DNA of 64,000 nucleotides from Fibrobacteria bacterium (GTDB taxonomy: Bacteria > Fibrobacterota > Fibrobacteria > UBA11236). Each line of letters opens with the position of its first letter. The stretch's first letter is position 1. The notes below the pieces were generated by a model. The model saw only the letters and a program-made list of their open reading frames with translations. It was not told the origin of the DNA and made no database searches. The stretch spans positions 64,001 to 128,000 of the forward strand of contig JAYTSD010000045.1 of the NCBI GenBank assembly GCA_043745805.1. The letters are read 5' to 3'. The translations under genes were made by a program, and so were the position numbers. This document shows, in pieces, positions 37,980-47,538 of this stretch.

Positions 37980-38480
37980 CTAACCTACTACGGTAATTTG
38001 GGTTTTTGCTTGACTATTAAATCTATCAATCACTTGTACCAAAATTCTAAAATTTTCTTTTAGTTGAGAAGGCATTTTCTCTTTATTAATCAGCAAAATT
38101 ATTTGATCCTTATCGCAAAATTCGTTTAAAGCCTTTTCAAGTTCGGGCCATTCAAATTCAGCATAGGTGGGGAAATTTATTTGATCGGATAAAGAGCGGA
38201 ATAGGCCATCTTTATTTAGGATACGACGAAAATCTAATTTTACTAAATTAGCATCCGACTTACTATTTAAAGACTCGTCAATTTTACTTTGATAATCTTT
38301 TTCATAACGTAAATCGGAAGCATTTTCTAGCACGGCCTCTAATTCTACTATGGCTTTTAATTCTCCCGCATGACTAATTAAGTTTAGGCCGCGGCTTTGA
38401 ATTTTACCCAATAGATCCAACAATATGCAGATATTTTCATCCGATAAGGTTATTTCTTTTTGCAAAATATTTTCTGACAA
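37980..38480 (-). CDS. Hypothetical protein with C-terminal barstar-like domain
   Basis: LDFRRILNKDGLFRSLSDQINFPTY...W..L..AL resembles barstar; TTG start. Confidence 0.5.
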   Translation of the reverse strand: MSENILQKEITLSDENICILLDLLGKIQSRGLNLISHAGELKAIVELEAVLENASDLRYEKDYQSKIDESLNSKSDANLVKLDFRRILNKDGLFRSLSDQINFPTYAEFEWPELEKALNEFCDKDQIILLINKEKMPSQLKENFRILVQVIDRFNSQAKTQITVVG

Positions 38481-38524
38481 ATTAATTCCTCAAAGAAATA
38501 ATTGTGGGGGAGTGTGAATTTAAT

Positions 38525-39226
38525 TTAAGCCGATTTATCGTTTTCAAAAAAACGATAAACGATACCCGCCACCGCTGCACCCATTATAGGAGCAACCCAG
38601 AATAACCAAAGTTGTTGCAAAGCCCAACCGCCTACAAAAACAGCTGGACCAGTGCTGCGAGCAGGGTTAACGGAAGTATTGGTTACGGGTATACTGATTA
38701 AATGAATCAAGGTAAGCCCTAGGCCAATAGCAATAGGGGCTAGGCCTTTTGGGGCACGGACATCAGTTGCGCCTAAAATGATAATGAGAAACATAAAGGT
38801 CATAACTAATTCTGTGACTAGTCCCGAAGCAAGGTTGTAGCCTCCAGGTGAATGTTCGCCATAACCATTGGACGCAAGGCCTGCGCTCAAATCAAAACCG
38901 GCTTTGCCCGAGGCAATGAAGTATAAAGTTCCTGCTGCTGCAATGGCACCCAATACTTGGGCAATAATATAAGGCAATAAGTCAGCAGCTTTAAAGCGAC
39001 CCGCAACTGTTAATCCTACAGAAACAGCGGGATTTAAATGACATCCAGAAATATGCCCAATGGCAAATGCCATGGTTAAAACTGTGAGACCAAATGCCAG
39101 CGAAACTCCTAGCAGACCTATTCCCACACCAGGAAATGCGGCGGAGAGTACAGCGCTTCCGCAGCCGCCTAAAACTAGCCAATAGGTTCCAATAAATTCT
39201 GCTAAGCTGCGTTTAAATAAGGACAT
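38525..39226 (-). CDS. aqpZ: Aquaporin Z
   Basis: [45 protein letters not shown]. Confidence 0.97.
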   Translation of the reverse strand: MSLFKRSLAEFIGTYWLVLGGCGSAVLSAAFPGVGIGLLGVSLAFGLTVLTMAFAIGHISGCHLNPAVSVGLTVAGRFKAADLLPYIIAQVLGAIAAAGTLYFIASGKAGFDLSAGLASNGYGEHSPGGYNLASGLVTELVMTFMFLIIILGATDVRAPKGLAPIAIGLGLTLIHLISIPVTNTSVNPARSTGPAVFVGGWALQQLWLFWVAPIMGAAVAGIVYRFFENDKSA

Positions 39227-39418
39227 TGAGGCTCCTAAGTTTTAGTGTGATAAAATGTTGAGTGGAAGTAAACTTAATTTAAAGACTCACAAAACTAAAA
39301 AAGCGTGGCGAATAACCAAGTAGAAGACAAGAATTAGCTCCATTAAACTCCCGATAATTTATGCAGAGTGCAAATAAATGAATTAATTTTCCCCGATGAA
39401 TTTTAGTGAGTATCGACA

Positions 39419-40453
39419 ATGATTCCCCAAGTAAAGTCTACAACCCAATTGGATGCTAATAAACACATTGGCGATATTTTAAATTTGGCCATAGAGTATA
39501 CGCCTTCCCATCTGGCTTTAATTATTTACGACACACAATGTGAACTCACAAAAATGATTGCCGAAGCTTATCGCTATTGCCTGCCGAATGCAAAATTTAT
39601 CCATTTCGATTCCATTGAACAGTCCATGATCATGGCCGAATTTAAAATGCTGAAGCCCTTGGATTTAGTTGTGCTTATTCAATCCACAAGTTTTCGTTTA
39701 GATGCTTTTCGTATTCGGGTAGAATTATTTCGACTCAAAATTAAAGTGATAGAACATCCGCATCTCGCGCGAATGTTGGGTATAGAGGCCGATTGGTATA
39801 TTGATTCACTTGCTTATGACGCCCAATATTATCGTGGCATTGGCCATGCACTTAAAAAAAGAATTGACGGCGCAAATAGGGCGGTCATTGATAGTGGAGG
39901 AGAGCATTTAGTTTATGCCTCTGCATTTGAGTCGGCAAAGCTCAATATAGGTGATTTTACGGGAATGGCTAATATCGGTAGTCAATTTCCCATTGGCGAA
40001 GTATTCACCGAAACCAAAAACTTTAATGCGGTAAATGGACGGGTGCGAATTTTTGCTTTTGCGGATAGTAACTTTCGCGTTAACAAACCTGAAAAACCTA
40101 TTACGCTTGTAATAGAACAGAGTAAAGTGGTCGAGGTTATTGATTCAATTGAAGAACTGGATATAGTAATAGATAAAATTCGTGCGGATGAGGATGAGGT
40201 GTGGGTGCGTGAGTTAGGTTTTGGAATGAATCGAACCTTTACTCCCGAAAAAATTGTGAGCGACATTGGAACTTATGAACGCATGTGTGGCATTCATCTT
40301 TCCCTTGGGGCCAAGCATGCTATTTATGCTAAACCTCTTTTCAATCGGAAAACGAGTAAGCATCATGTCGATGTATTTGCGGTTACCAAATCGGTTTACC
40401 TTGATGAAGAAAATGTTTTTCGCAATGGGGCTTGGGTTTTAGAAAAGGATTAA
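39419..40453 (+). CDS. M29-like (thermophilic metalloprotease) aminopeptidase homolog
   Basis: FPIGEVF, ELGFGMN, ERMCGIHLSLG, HHVDV. Confidence 0.65.
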   Translation: MIPQVKSTTQLDANKHIGDILNLAIEYTPSHLALIIYDTQCELTKMIAEAYRYCLPNAKFIHFDSIEQSMIMAEFKMLKPLDLVVLIQSTSFRLDAFRIRVELFRLKIKVIEHPHLARMLGIEADWYIDSLAYDAQYYRGIGHALKKRIDGANRAVIDSGGEHLVYASAFESAKLNIGDFTGMANIGSQFPIGEVFTETKNFNAVNGRVRIFAFADSNFRVNKPEKPITLVIEQSKVVEVIDSIEELDIVIDKIRADEDEVWVRELGFGMNRTFTPEKIVSDIGTYERMCGIHLSLGAKHAIYAKPLFNRKTSKHHVDVFAVTKSVYLDEENVFRNGAWVLEKD

Positions 40454-40465
40454 GTCCCTAAGGTT

Positions 40466-40876
40466 TTAGGTTACTTTATGCGGGCGAGCACGTAAGGCAC
40501 TCCAGGTTACGTCAATTTCGATTTGGGTAACCGGTCTAATACCGATTTTTAATAGCGCTTCACCGACTCTATCTCTTTTTAAATCACTTTTAATTTGACC
40601 CGTCATTTTAGGATAGCAAGCCCAAAATAAACAATCGAATTTTCCGGCAGTTTTCACATCGGCCAATAGACTATCTAATTCCACTAATTGGCTGGCAAAA
40701 ATTTGTATAAAATCATAGCGCCCATTTTTTTCACTATTAATTTTGGTGTCAAAATCAAAATCTGTGAGAATATCTAAAAACTCTTTTGGAGCATTGACGA
40801 TCAACACATTCTCTTTGCCGATAACTTTTAATTTTTTAAGTACATACTCGGAATCAATATTGACTTTGTGTTCCAT
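40466..40876 (-). CDS. Conserved hypothetical protein (DUF3052-like)
   Basis: WACYPK, SDLKRD, QIEIDVTWSALRAR. Confidence 0.6.
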   Translation of the reverse strand: MEHKVNIDSEYVLKKLKVIGKENVLIVNAPKEFLDILTDFDFDTKINSEKNGRYDFIQIFASQLVELDSLLADVKTAGKFDCLFWACYPKMTGQIKSDLKRDRVGEALLKIGIRPVTQIEIDVTWSALRARPHKVT

Positions 40877-40879
40877 GCT

Positions 40880-41893
40880 TTATTTTGTTCCCATTTTCAT
40901 TATTTCTCCAAATACTTCTTTAAGTATACCAGAGATATCTGAAGCAATGTTTTTGATATAACCGAAAGGGTCGCGACGAATATCTTTTTCTTCTTCGCCC
41001 ACTAAATAAAAGAGCCCGCCTAATGCTTTATCCGTAGTCCAAGTTCCTAGACTTTCGGTGACTATGGGATTATAATTTATTTGTTTCAAGGCGGTTAATT
41101 TTAGTACCGGAGCATTGATGACCAAAGTATTTGTATTCCAAGAATTTTGAAAGCCAAGCAATTCATTGTATTTGCTTAAGGCGGAATTGTAGGTTGTTCT
41201 AAAGTTACTCCAATATTTAGTCAATGGCACCAAGCGTAAAGTGGAATCAACAAGAGGTGTATAGGCATTTATTAATGGATTAAAAGTTTTACCATTCAAA
41301 TAAGCTGTAGCTGCCGTGCTGTCTGAGCTATTTAATAATGTGAGGCCATCGGTAATGGACATACCAGTAATGGCACTTTTAAAAATGGGCACTGACCGAG
41401 GTGCAGCATATTCCGCTGCGCGATTCATATACTTAATCAACGAGTCACTAATAGAGCTGAGTCCTGCGAGGTCAGTTAATAAAGTGTTGGAGCTATTCAG
41501 ATTACTTTGCAAAGAGTTTTTATCCGAGGTCCCCAAAGTAAGATTCGCAACGGTCTGCACGGTAGTTAATTGTGAGGCAAAGGGCTTGAGCATATTTCCG
41601 ACTTCTTCTGCCGCAGCTAAAGCCTGCTTCGCCTCTTCGGGAAGTAATATTTTTATTACTTTACTTGCTAAATAGCCATTGGCTTTTCCTGCAATATTTG
41701 CGCTAGAATCGATACCCACCTTTAAGGCCGTTCTTAAACCTAAAACTACTTTTTGATCCAAGGTTAAACTAGAATCCGTTCTCATACCTTTTGAGGCGGT
41801 GACGAAATCTTCCAAGGTGCATGATTCCAAAAATAAAAGGCTGCTCAAGAGGCCACCGATGATAATAAAACTGGAAAGAAATTTTTTGAACAT
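40880..41893 (-). CDS. DUF4197 family lipoprotein
   Basis: GLRTALKVG, IKILLPEE, MNRAAEYA, AATAYL, ALGGLFYLVGEEEKDIRRDP; lipobox LESC. Confidence 0.85.
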   Translation of the reverse strand: MFKKFLSSFIIIGGLLSSLLFLESCTLEDFVTASKGMRTDSSLTLDQKVVLGLRTALKVGIDSSANIAGKANGYLASKVIKILLPEEAKQALAAAEEVGNMLKPFASQLTTVQTVANLTLGTSDKNSLQSNLNSSNTLLTDLAGLSSISDSLIKYMNRAAEYAAPRSVPIFKSAITGMSITDGLTLLNSSDSTAATAYLNGKTFNPLINAYTPLVDSTLRLVPLTKYWSNFRTTYNSALSKYNELLGFQNSWNTNTLVINAPVLKLTALKQINYNPIVTESLGTWTTDKALGGLFYLVGEEEKDIRRDPFGYIKNIASDISGILKEVFGEIMKMGTK

Positions 41894-42099
41894 AAAACTC
41901 CAAATCTAAATACTCGATAAGAATCACTTAAAAATACCTTATTTATGCACTAAAAGCCGGAGTTTTTAGTGCGGATTCAATTTGTATAGTGCTAAATTGA
42001 TGGCTTCCATAACTCTTTTTAATTTACCAAAAGGTTAATTAGCCAAATAGTTTATTAGAAAACTTTATATAGATGTTTTAAGCAAAGGTTTTGTAAAGC

Positions 42100-43572
42100 A
42101 TGTCTCTTCCCATCAATGAAAATAGTTCTCCACAAAATATTCCATTTACTTCTTTGCAATGGATGATCTTGACTTTATTATGCAGCGCGGTTTGCATGGT
42201 GGTATTGGATTTTTCCATTGTGAATGTCGCGGTCCCCTCTATTCAAACCGCTTTGGGATTTGCTCCCGAAAAAGTACAATGGCTGTTTACTGGATATGGT
42301 TTGGTGTATGGAGGTTTTCTTTTATTAGGGGGAAAACTTTCGGATTTATGGGGCCGCAAACGGATTTTTCTTTTAGGCATAGCCCTTTTTACTTCCGCTT
42401 CTTTTTTAGGTGGCTTTGCTTTTAGCCCAACTTCCTTAATCGCCATGCGTTGTATGCAAGGCTTGGGTGCGGCACTTTTATCTCCAGCTGCTTTGGCCTT
42501 ATTAATGGGAGCTTTTCCTGAAGGCTCATTACGCAATCGTGCCTTAGGGATTTGGGGAACCGTCGCTGCAGCAGGATATTCTATTGGAGTGTTATTGGGC
42601 GGCATATTAACTGCGTATTTAGGTTGGCGTTGGATATTTTTTGTGAATGTTCCCTTAGGCATTATGCTTTCGATATTTGCTTTTCGTTTGGTGAAAGACA
42701 ATTTTAAACCGCAGGAAAAAGTAAAACTAGATTTAGCCGGTAGCTTTCTCGTTACCTCCGGTTTAATGCTTTTAGTTTATGCTTTGGTGCAAGCGCCTAT
42801 GGCAGGATGGGGTTCTTGGGCCACTTGGCGGCTTTTTGCTCTTGTATTCTTGCTTTTAGGGGGATTCCTTATTGTAGAAATGCGTGCGGAACAACCCCTT
42901 ATGCCATTACGCATTTTTTTGTTACCTAGTATTGCCATAGCTAATTTGATTATAACCTTCATGAGCGCGGCAATGGTGGCCATGAATTTAGTGCTTACTT
43001 TATATTTTCAGCAAATATTACACTACTCGCCTTTATATACTGGATTAGCTTTTTTACCGCATGGCATTATGGCTAGCTATGCAGGGCCTTGGGGTGGGAG
43101 ATTGGCCAATCGTATCGGCGCGAAGGCCGTATTATTGCTCGGGTCTTTATTAGGTTTAATTAGTCTGAGTTTATTAGCCTTTATTACCACCCATAATACA
43201 TATTGGTTTCATGTGCTTCCCGCCACTTTATTATTATCCTGTGGCATGATGCCAGCCTTCGTAACCTTGATGATACTGGCTACTTCAGGTATAAAAGAGG
43301 AAGATCATGGCTTAGTTTCTGGTATTCTAAATACCACCGGCCAATTGGGTGGGGCTTTGGGTCTAGCTGTTTTAGTGGCGGTTGCCGCTGGACGAACGGC
43401 ACAAATGCGAGTAACGGGAATAGTCACCGAGGCGGAAGCATTAATCTCTGGTTATCGCATGGCATTAGGAACGGGTGCGACTTTGATAGCCATTGCTTTT
43501 ATTATTGGATGGTTGGGCTTGGGTGGAAGAGCACCTAAAGAAAAAAAAACTGTCCAAAAGAGCAACAAATAA
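42100..43572 (+). CDS. MFS drug:H+ antiporter (DHA2, 14 TM)
   Basis: LDFSIVNVAVPSIQ, GGKLSDLWGRKR, WRWIFFVNVP, EQPLMPL. Confidence 0.92.
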   Translation: MSLPINENSSPQNIPFTSLQWMILTLLCSAVCMVVLDFSIVNVAVPSIQTALGFAPEKVQWLFTGYGLVYGGFLLLGGKLSDLWGRKRIFLLGIALFTSASFLGGFAFSPTSLIAMRCMQGLGAALLSPAALALLMGAFPEGSLRNRALGIWGTVAAAGYSIGVLLGGILTAYLGWRWIFFVNVPLGIMLSIFAFRLVKDNFKPQEKVKLDLAGSFLVTSGLMLLVYALVQAPMAGWGSWATWRLFALVFLLLGGFLIVEMRAEQPLMPLRIFLLPSIAIANLIITFMSAAMVAMNLVLTLYFQQILHYSPLYTGLAFLPHGIMASYAGPWGGRLANRIGAKAVLLLGSLLGLISLSLLAFITTHNTYWFHVLPATLLLSCGMMPAFVTLMILATSGIKEEDHGLVSGILNTTGQLGGALGLAVLVAVAAGRTAQMRVTGIVTEAEALISGYRMALGTGATLIAIAFIIGWLGLGGRAPKEKKTVQKSNK

Positions 43573-43684
43573 CAGTAATACCGATGTTTCTACAGTGGAT
43601 CGTGAAATGGGAGATCTCGAAGAACTTGTGGCTACGCGCAGTTAATAATTAATATTTAAAGTAAACCTCAAAAGGGAAATCACC

Positions 43685-44218
43685 ATGATACTAAAAATCC
43701 TTATCGTTCTTGTAGGTTTAATTAGCGTATTTTTTATTATCGCGTCATTTCAATCCGAAGAATTTAAAATCTCTAGATCGATTACTATTTCTACTACTCC
43801 AGACAAAGTTTTTGCCCAAGTAAATAATTTGCATTTAATGCAAAATTGGAATCCTTGGAACAAATTAGATCCCAATTTAAAATTGACATATGAAGGACCG
43901 GACTCTGGAGTCGGTGCAGCATGCAGTTGGGTAGGGAATAGTAAGGCAGGCGCAGGCAAAATGACCATTGTTAAAAGTCAGTCTTCGGAAGTTTTGGAAA
44001 TGCAATTGGATTTCTTAAAACCCATGAAGGCCACAAATGCGGCGAATTATACATTTAAAGTGGAAGGCCAAGGAACGGCCGTGACTTGGAGCATGAGTGG
44101 CAAGAAAAATCTCATGATGAAAGCTTTTCATATGGTTGTAAATATGGAAAAAATGCTAGGCCCTGATTTTGAAAAAGGCTTGGCGCAATTAAAAGCCAAT
44201 ACTGAAAGTGCGAAATAA
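43685..44218 (+). CDS. SRPBCC family protein
   Basis: ISRSITI, WNPW, GVGA..W.GN..AGAGKMTI, GPDFEKGLAQLK. Confidence 0.88.
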   Translation: MILKILIVLVGLISVFFIIASFQSEEFKISRSITISTTPDKVFAQVNNLHLMQNWNPWNKLDPNLKLTYEGPDSGVGAACSWVGNSKAGAGKMTIVKSQSSEVLEMQLDFLKPMKATNAANYTFKVEGQGTAVTWSMSGKKNLMMKAFHMVVNMEKMLGPDFEKGLAQLKANTESAK

Positions 44219-44269
44219 TTTTGCAACATAAAAGAAACATTTAAATCATAAACAAAAACCGAGGATAAT

Positions 44270-44692
44270 ATGAATACAGAAAAAAAATCATTCACCCGTT
44301 TCTTGCCAGCGATAGGTCGCATTTTATTGGGTTTGCCCATGACTGTTTTTGGAGCAAATCTCTTTTTAAATTTCATACCACAACCTAAAGAGGGAATGCC
44401 GGAAGCCGTTGTGGCATTTACTAAAGCGCTAATGGATTCTGGGTATATAATGCCTATGATTGGGGTAACTTTAGCGGTAACTGGTCTTTTATTATTAATC
44501 AACCGTTTCGTGCCTTTAGCCTTAGCTTTGCTCGCGCCCTTTTTAGTGAATAGCTTTCTCTTTCATGCTATTTTGGCGCGTGCTGGATTGCCAATGATTA
44601 TTGTGTTTTGCGTTTTAGAAGTTTTATTGGCTTGGGCATATCGCGGTGCTTTTTGTCCCATGTTAGCCGCCAAAGTTCAAACGGGAAAATAA
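44270..44692 (+). CDS. DoxX family membrane protein
   Basis: RILLGL..VFG.N.FLNFIP, GLLLLINRFVPLAL, FH. Confidence 0.8.
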   Translation: MNTEKKSFTRFLPAIGRILLGLPMTVFGANLFLNFIPQPKEGMPEAVVAFTKALMDSGYIMPMIGVTLAVTGLLLLINRFVPLALALLAPFLVNSFLFHAILARAGLPMIIVFCVLEVLLAWAYRGAFCPMLAAKVQTGK

Positions 44693-44704
44693 AATGACAA
44701 TCAT

Positions 44705-44737
44705 AAAAAAAGCCTTCCTTACCGGAAGGCTTTTTTT
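44705..44737. terminator. Bidirectional intrinsic terminator
   Basis: AAAAAAAGCCTTCC-ttacc-GGAAGGCTTTTTTT between convergent genes. Confidence 0.85.
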
Positions 44738-44756
44738 ATGTCTCATATCTAAAATT

Positions 44757-45407
44757 TTATTGCGGGTTCGGTTTTCTCCAAGTAGGAACAAGCGCTTTTT
44801 TAATAGCATTATTTTGCACTTGCCCATTGGGAAGATAATGGTTTTCCATTTTGCCAGTAAAGGATGGATTAGAGAGTTTATCGGCCATCAATGTTGTCGC
44901 CACTTCGTTAGTTGCATAAACTTCAAATTGGAATATAGAGTAACCATAAGTCGTTATTCTATGTATTCCTCGCATGCGCACAAATTGTGCCGGTGCGGCG
45001 GTAAATTTCAATTCATTTATGGAGGCTTGTGCAGTGTCCATAATATGCGCGACATTGACCCATCCAGAATCATTATCACGGGCGGTATCCGAAACTTGAA
45101 TATAAAATTCAGAAGCGGTAGCATTTTCCCATGTAATTTTAACCGAATCTACAGCATGTTTTTGACCTAGGTCTACGTAGATCCAAGCCGAGTCTCTACT
45201 CAGAGAATCCGCTACCCAATCACTACCCCAACGTGTTCCTATATCACTATCAAAAGCCATACTGGCAGGTAAATTTCCTTCAGAACTATTGGCTTTGGCG
45301 GTTTTGTCTAAGGCTAAATTAGTACTGGTATCCGCAAAAGTGGACAAGACTAAATGCAGAAGGATTAAAATGATAATTGGGCTTTTATTTCGTAAAGATT
45401 TTTGCAT
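44757..45407 (-). CDS. Secreted F5/8 type C (discoidin/CBM32) domain protein
   Basis: NLALDKTAKANSSE, AFD...TRWGS, WIYVDLG, ITWE, YGYSIFQFEVY. Confidence 0.88.
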   Translation of the reverse strand: MQKSLRNKSPIIILILLHLVLSTFADTSTNLALDKTAKANSSEGNLPASMAFDSDIGTRWGSDWVADSLSRDSAWIYVDLGQKHAVDSVKITWENATASEFYIQVSDTARDNDSGWVNVAHIMDTAQASINELKFTAAPAQFVRMRGIHRITTYGYSIFQFEVYATNEVATTLMADKLSNPSFTGKMENHYLPNGQVQNNAIKKALVPTWRKPNPQ

Positions 45408-45704
45408 CGATGCCTTTCAATTTTTTTTTGGTTAGGAAATAAATCTCATGAAAAGATTTATTATCGCCAAAATTTTACACATGAATTAAAGTATCGTCAA
45501 GGAAATAAAACATACTTTTTCGTAACTCGTAACTCGTGACGGAGCCGAAACGATTGTGGCAGTTAAAGGATTTTCGGAGGGCAGAATTACAAAAGCTACT
45601 TTGGCGCATTATCATGCTTATTGAAAGCGTACCGGTTTGGTAGCTAGGATTTCCGAAGCGCAAAAAAATCCCTGGTGCTTAGAGCTATTAAATCAATATG
45701 ATTT

Positions 45705-46715
45705 TCAATTGAAATTAATGTGAATGCCGAGAGAAATAAGCCAATGATTTACCGTGGTACTAATACCGCCAAAACTGGTTCCTGTTTCATCTTCTGGCGT
45801 GTCCGTGCTATTCGCATAATAAGTTTGGGTTTGTTTACCCCAGGTTTTACTGAATTCGCCACGTATAAAAGGAATAAAGCAGGCTACTGGGCTATTGGTT
45901 TTTGGTCCTAATTTTAAAGGCAAACTTGCTTCCAAAGAATTGCCTAAGCCCCAAGTATTCATTTCAATATGTTTACTGCGTAAAATATGATCATCTAAGG
46001 AGCTAGCAAAAATTAAAGGATGGAATTGATTTTCCCAAAACAATCCGAAAATGCGTTCTTGCGATCGAAAGTTAATCGAAGTTTGAATATCATAAGTGCG
46101 ATAAGTTCCCACCTTAATATTATCTGGAATGGTAAAATGTCTCCATTCAGTAACATCTGTAATACTGTCGGTGTACAATTGTTTGCCGCTGAGTCCAAAT
46201 ATATCGCAAGAAAAAAAACTTCCTTCGATTCCAAAACCAAGAATAAATGGTTTGCGCAAGAAATGAATTTGTTTGAATTCGCGATTTAATTCCCCGCCAA
46301 ATAGGAACGATTCGATTTCAGAATAAGTGTCGCTGAATTTAAGTAAAGCGGTGGATTTGGAAGTGCCACTAGAAGTATTAATTCCCACCCAATCTTCATC
46401 GCGCATTTTTGTCCAAGCAGGACCAATACCGCTCCACAATTTTAGCTTTGTGTACAAATAAACCAAACTATCCTGTTCCATCTGTCGCCAAGAAATAAGC
46501 CCTAAATTGATACGGACATGATCCTGAGGAAAGGTTAAAGCGCTGCGAATCATGGGTTTGACGGTACCATCGATTGTTGTGGTATCTTTTCCTGTGTATT
46601 CTAAATCATACCAAGTGCTGCCAAAAGGCTTTTCCATGGTAAAAGAGAACAATGTAGATTTAGTGGCTCCATAAATAGAGTTAACCATTAAGAGAAGTAA
46701 TAGAATTTTAAACAT
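45705..46715 (-). CDS. Omptin-like outer-membrane protease
   Basis: RSALTFP, KMRDEDW (D-x-D pair), DDHILR (D-x-H dyad), signal peptide, barrel strands. Confidence 0.6.
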   Translation of the reverse strand: MFKILLLLLMVNSIYGATKSTLFSFTMEKPFGSTWYDLEYTGKDTTTIDGTVKPMIRSALTFPQDHVRINLGLISWRQMEQDSLVYLYTKLKLWSGIGPAWTKMRDEDWVGINTSSGTSKSTALLKFSDTYSEIESFLFGGELNREFKQIHFLRKPFILGFGIEGSFFSCDIFGLSGKQLYTDSITDVTEWRHFTIPDNIKVGTYRTYDIQTSINFRSQERIFGLFWENQFHPLIFASSLDDHILRSKHIEMNTWGLGNSLEASLPLKLGPKTNSPVACFIPFIRGEFSKTWGKQTQTYYANSTDTPEDETGTSFGGISTTVNHWLISLGIHINFN

Positions 46716-46820
46716 GGTATTACCGGATTTAGTCTTGAATTTATGGTTTCAAAAATTAGCTTTATCAAGCCGCATAGATATTAATTAACAGGCGCTTTGT
46801 AAATAGGTAAAGGAGTTGGA

Positions 46821-47483
46821 ATGGTATTTTTATTTCGTGTTTATGCTTTAGTTTTGATGATTATGGCTGGAATTACAGCCCAGGAAAAATTATCAGCAAA
46901 TCCTCCTCTTGGAGGAAAAAAAGATTCCAGTTTAAGCGATACTTCCGTAAATAAATCGGTTTCTACTTTTCCTTTGGCAACCGAAAAAAAAGACGCAATA
47001 TTTTTTCATCCGATTATTTCAGGTCTTTCCGTAGCAATTGATGCAATTCCTTTTGTTTTCGTGCTAACTTATGAGCATCAATTGCCCGATAGTAAATCAT
47101 TTATTTTACAAAACCAATTGTTGTTAGGCAGTTTCAAACCAGATTCAGGATATTCCGCATCGACCTATGGACTATATACCTATTTCGGATTGCGTAATTA
47201 TTTTAATCCTCACTATCACCGTGGATTTTATTTGCAAGGCACCGCGGCTGTGGGCTTGCAGCATATTGATATTGAACGTGAAGGTTATACAGGCGAAGCC
47301 AGTGCTTTTGCAACAACCTTAGCCGGATTAGCTTATTTAGGGTATCGATGGAGCCATGTGTTTTGGGATATAGGTGGTGGCTATCAATATTCAAATGGTA
47401 GTGTAGACGCTCCTGGTGGTGCAACTGTTGATATCAGTGCTTCCGGGCCTGCTCTCGATCTTAATCTAGGATTCTGTTTTTAA
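46821..47483 (+). CDS. Small outer-membrane beta-barrel (DUF3575-like)
   Basis: Signal peptide, GLRNYF..GFYL, LGYRW, DIGGG, terminal LNLGFCF. Confidence 0.55.
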   Translation: MVFLFRVYALVLMIMAGITAQEKLSANPPLGGKKDSSLSDTSVNKSVSTFPLATEKKDAIFFHPIISGLSVAIDAIPFVFVLTYEHQLPDSKSFILQNQLLLGSFKPDSGYSASTYGLYTYFGLRNYFNPHYHRGFYLQGTAAVGLQHIDIEREGYTGEASAFATTLAGLAYLGYRWSHVFWDIGGGYQYSNGSVDAPGGATVDISASGPALDLNLGFCF

Positions 47484-47492
47484 TTATAATAA

Positions 47493-47530
47493 GCTTAGGT
47501 TTAATGAAAGTAAATTCATTAAACCTAAGC
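47493..47530. terminator. Inverted repeat / bidirectional terminator
   Basis: Perfect 16-bp IR GCTTAGGTTTAATGAA/TTCATTAAACCTAAGC between convergent genes. Confidence 0.7.
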
Positions 47531-47538
47531 CATTCTTT

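Noticed and set aside
41947..41972. GCACTAAAA...TTTTAGTGC palindrome between divergent genes
   Set aside because: Could be an operator for the MFS pump, but no regulator is adjacent and it has no second copy; too weak to call.
43575..43650. GTTTCTAC...CGTGAAA...GGCTACG resembling a purine riboswitch core
   Set aside because: P2/P3 stems do not pair and the downstream gene is unrelated; an Infernal Rfam scan would settle it.
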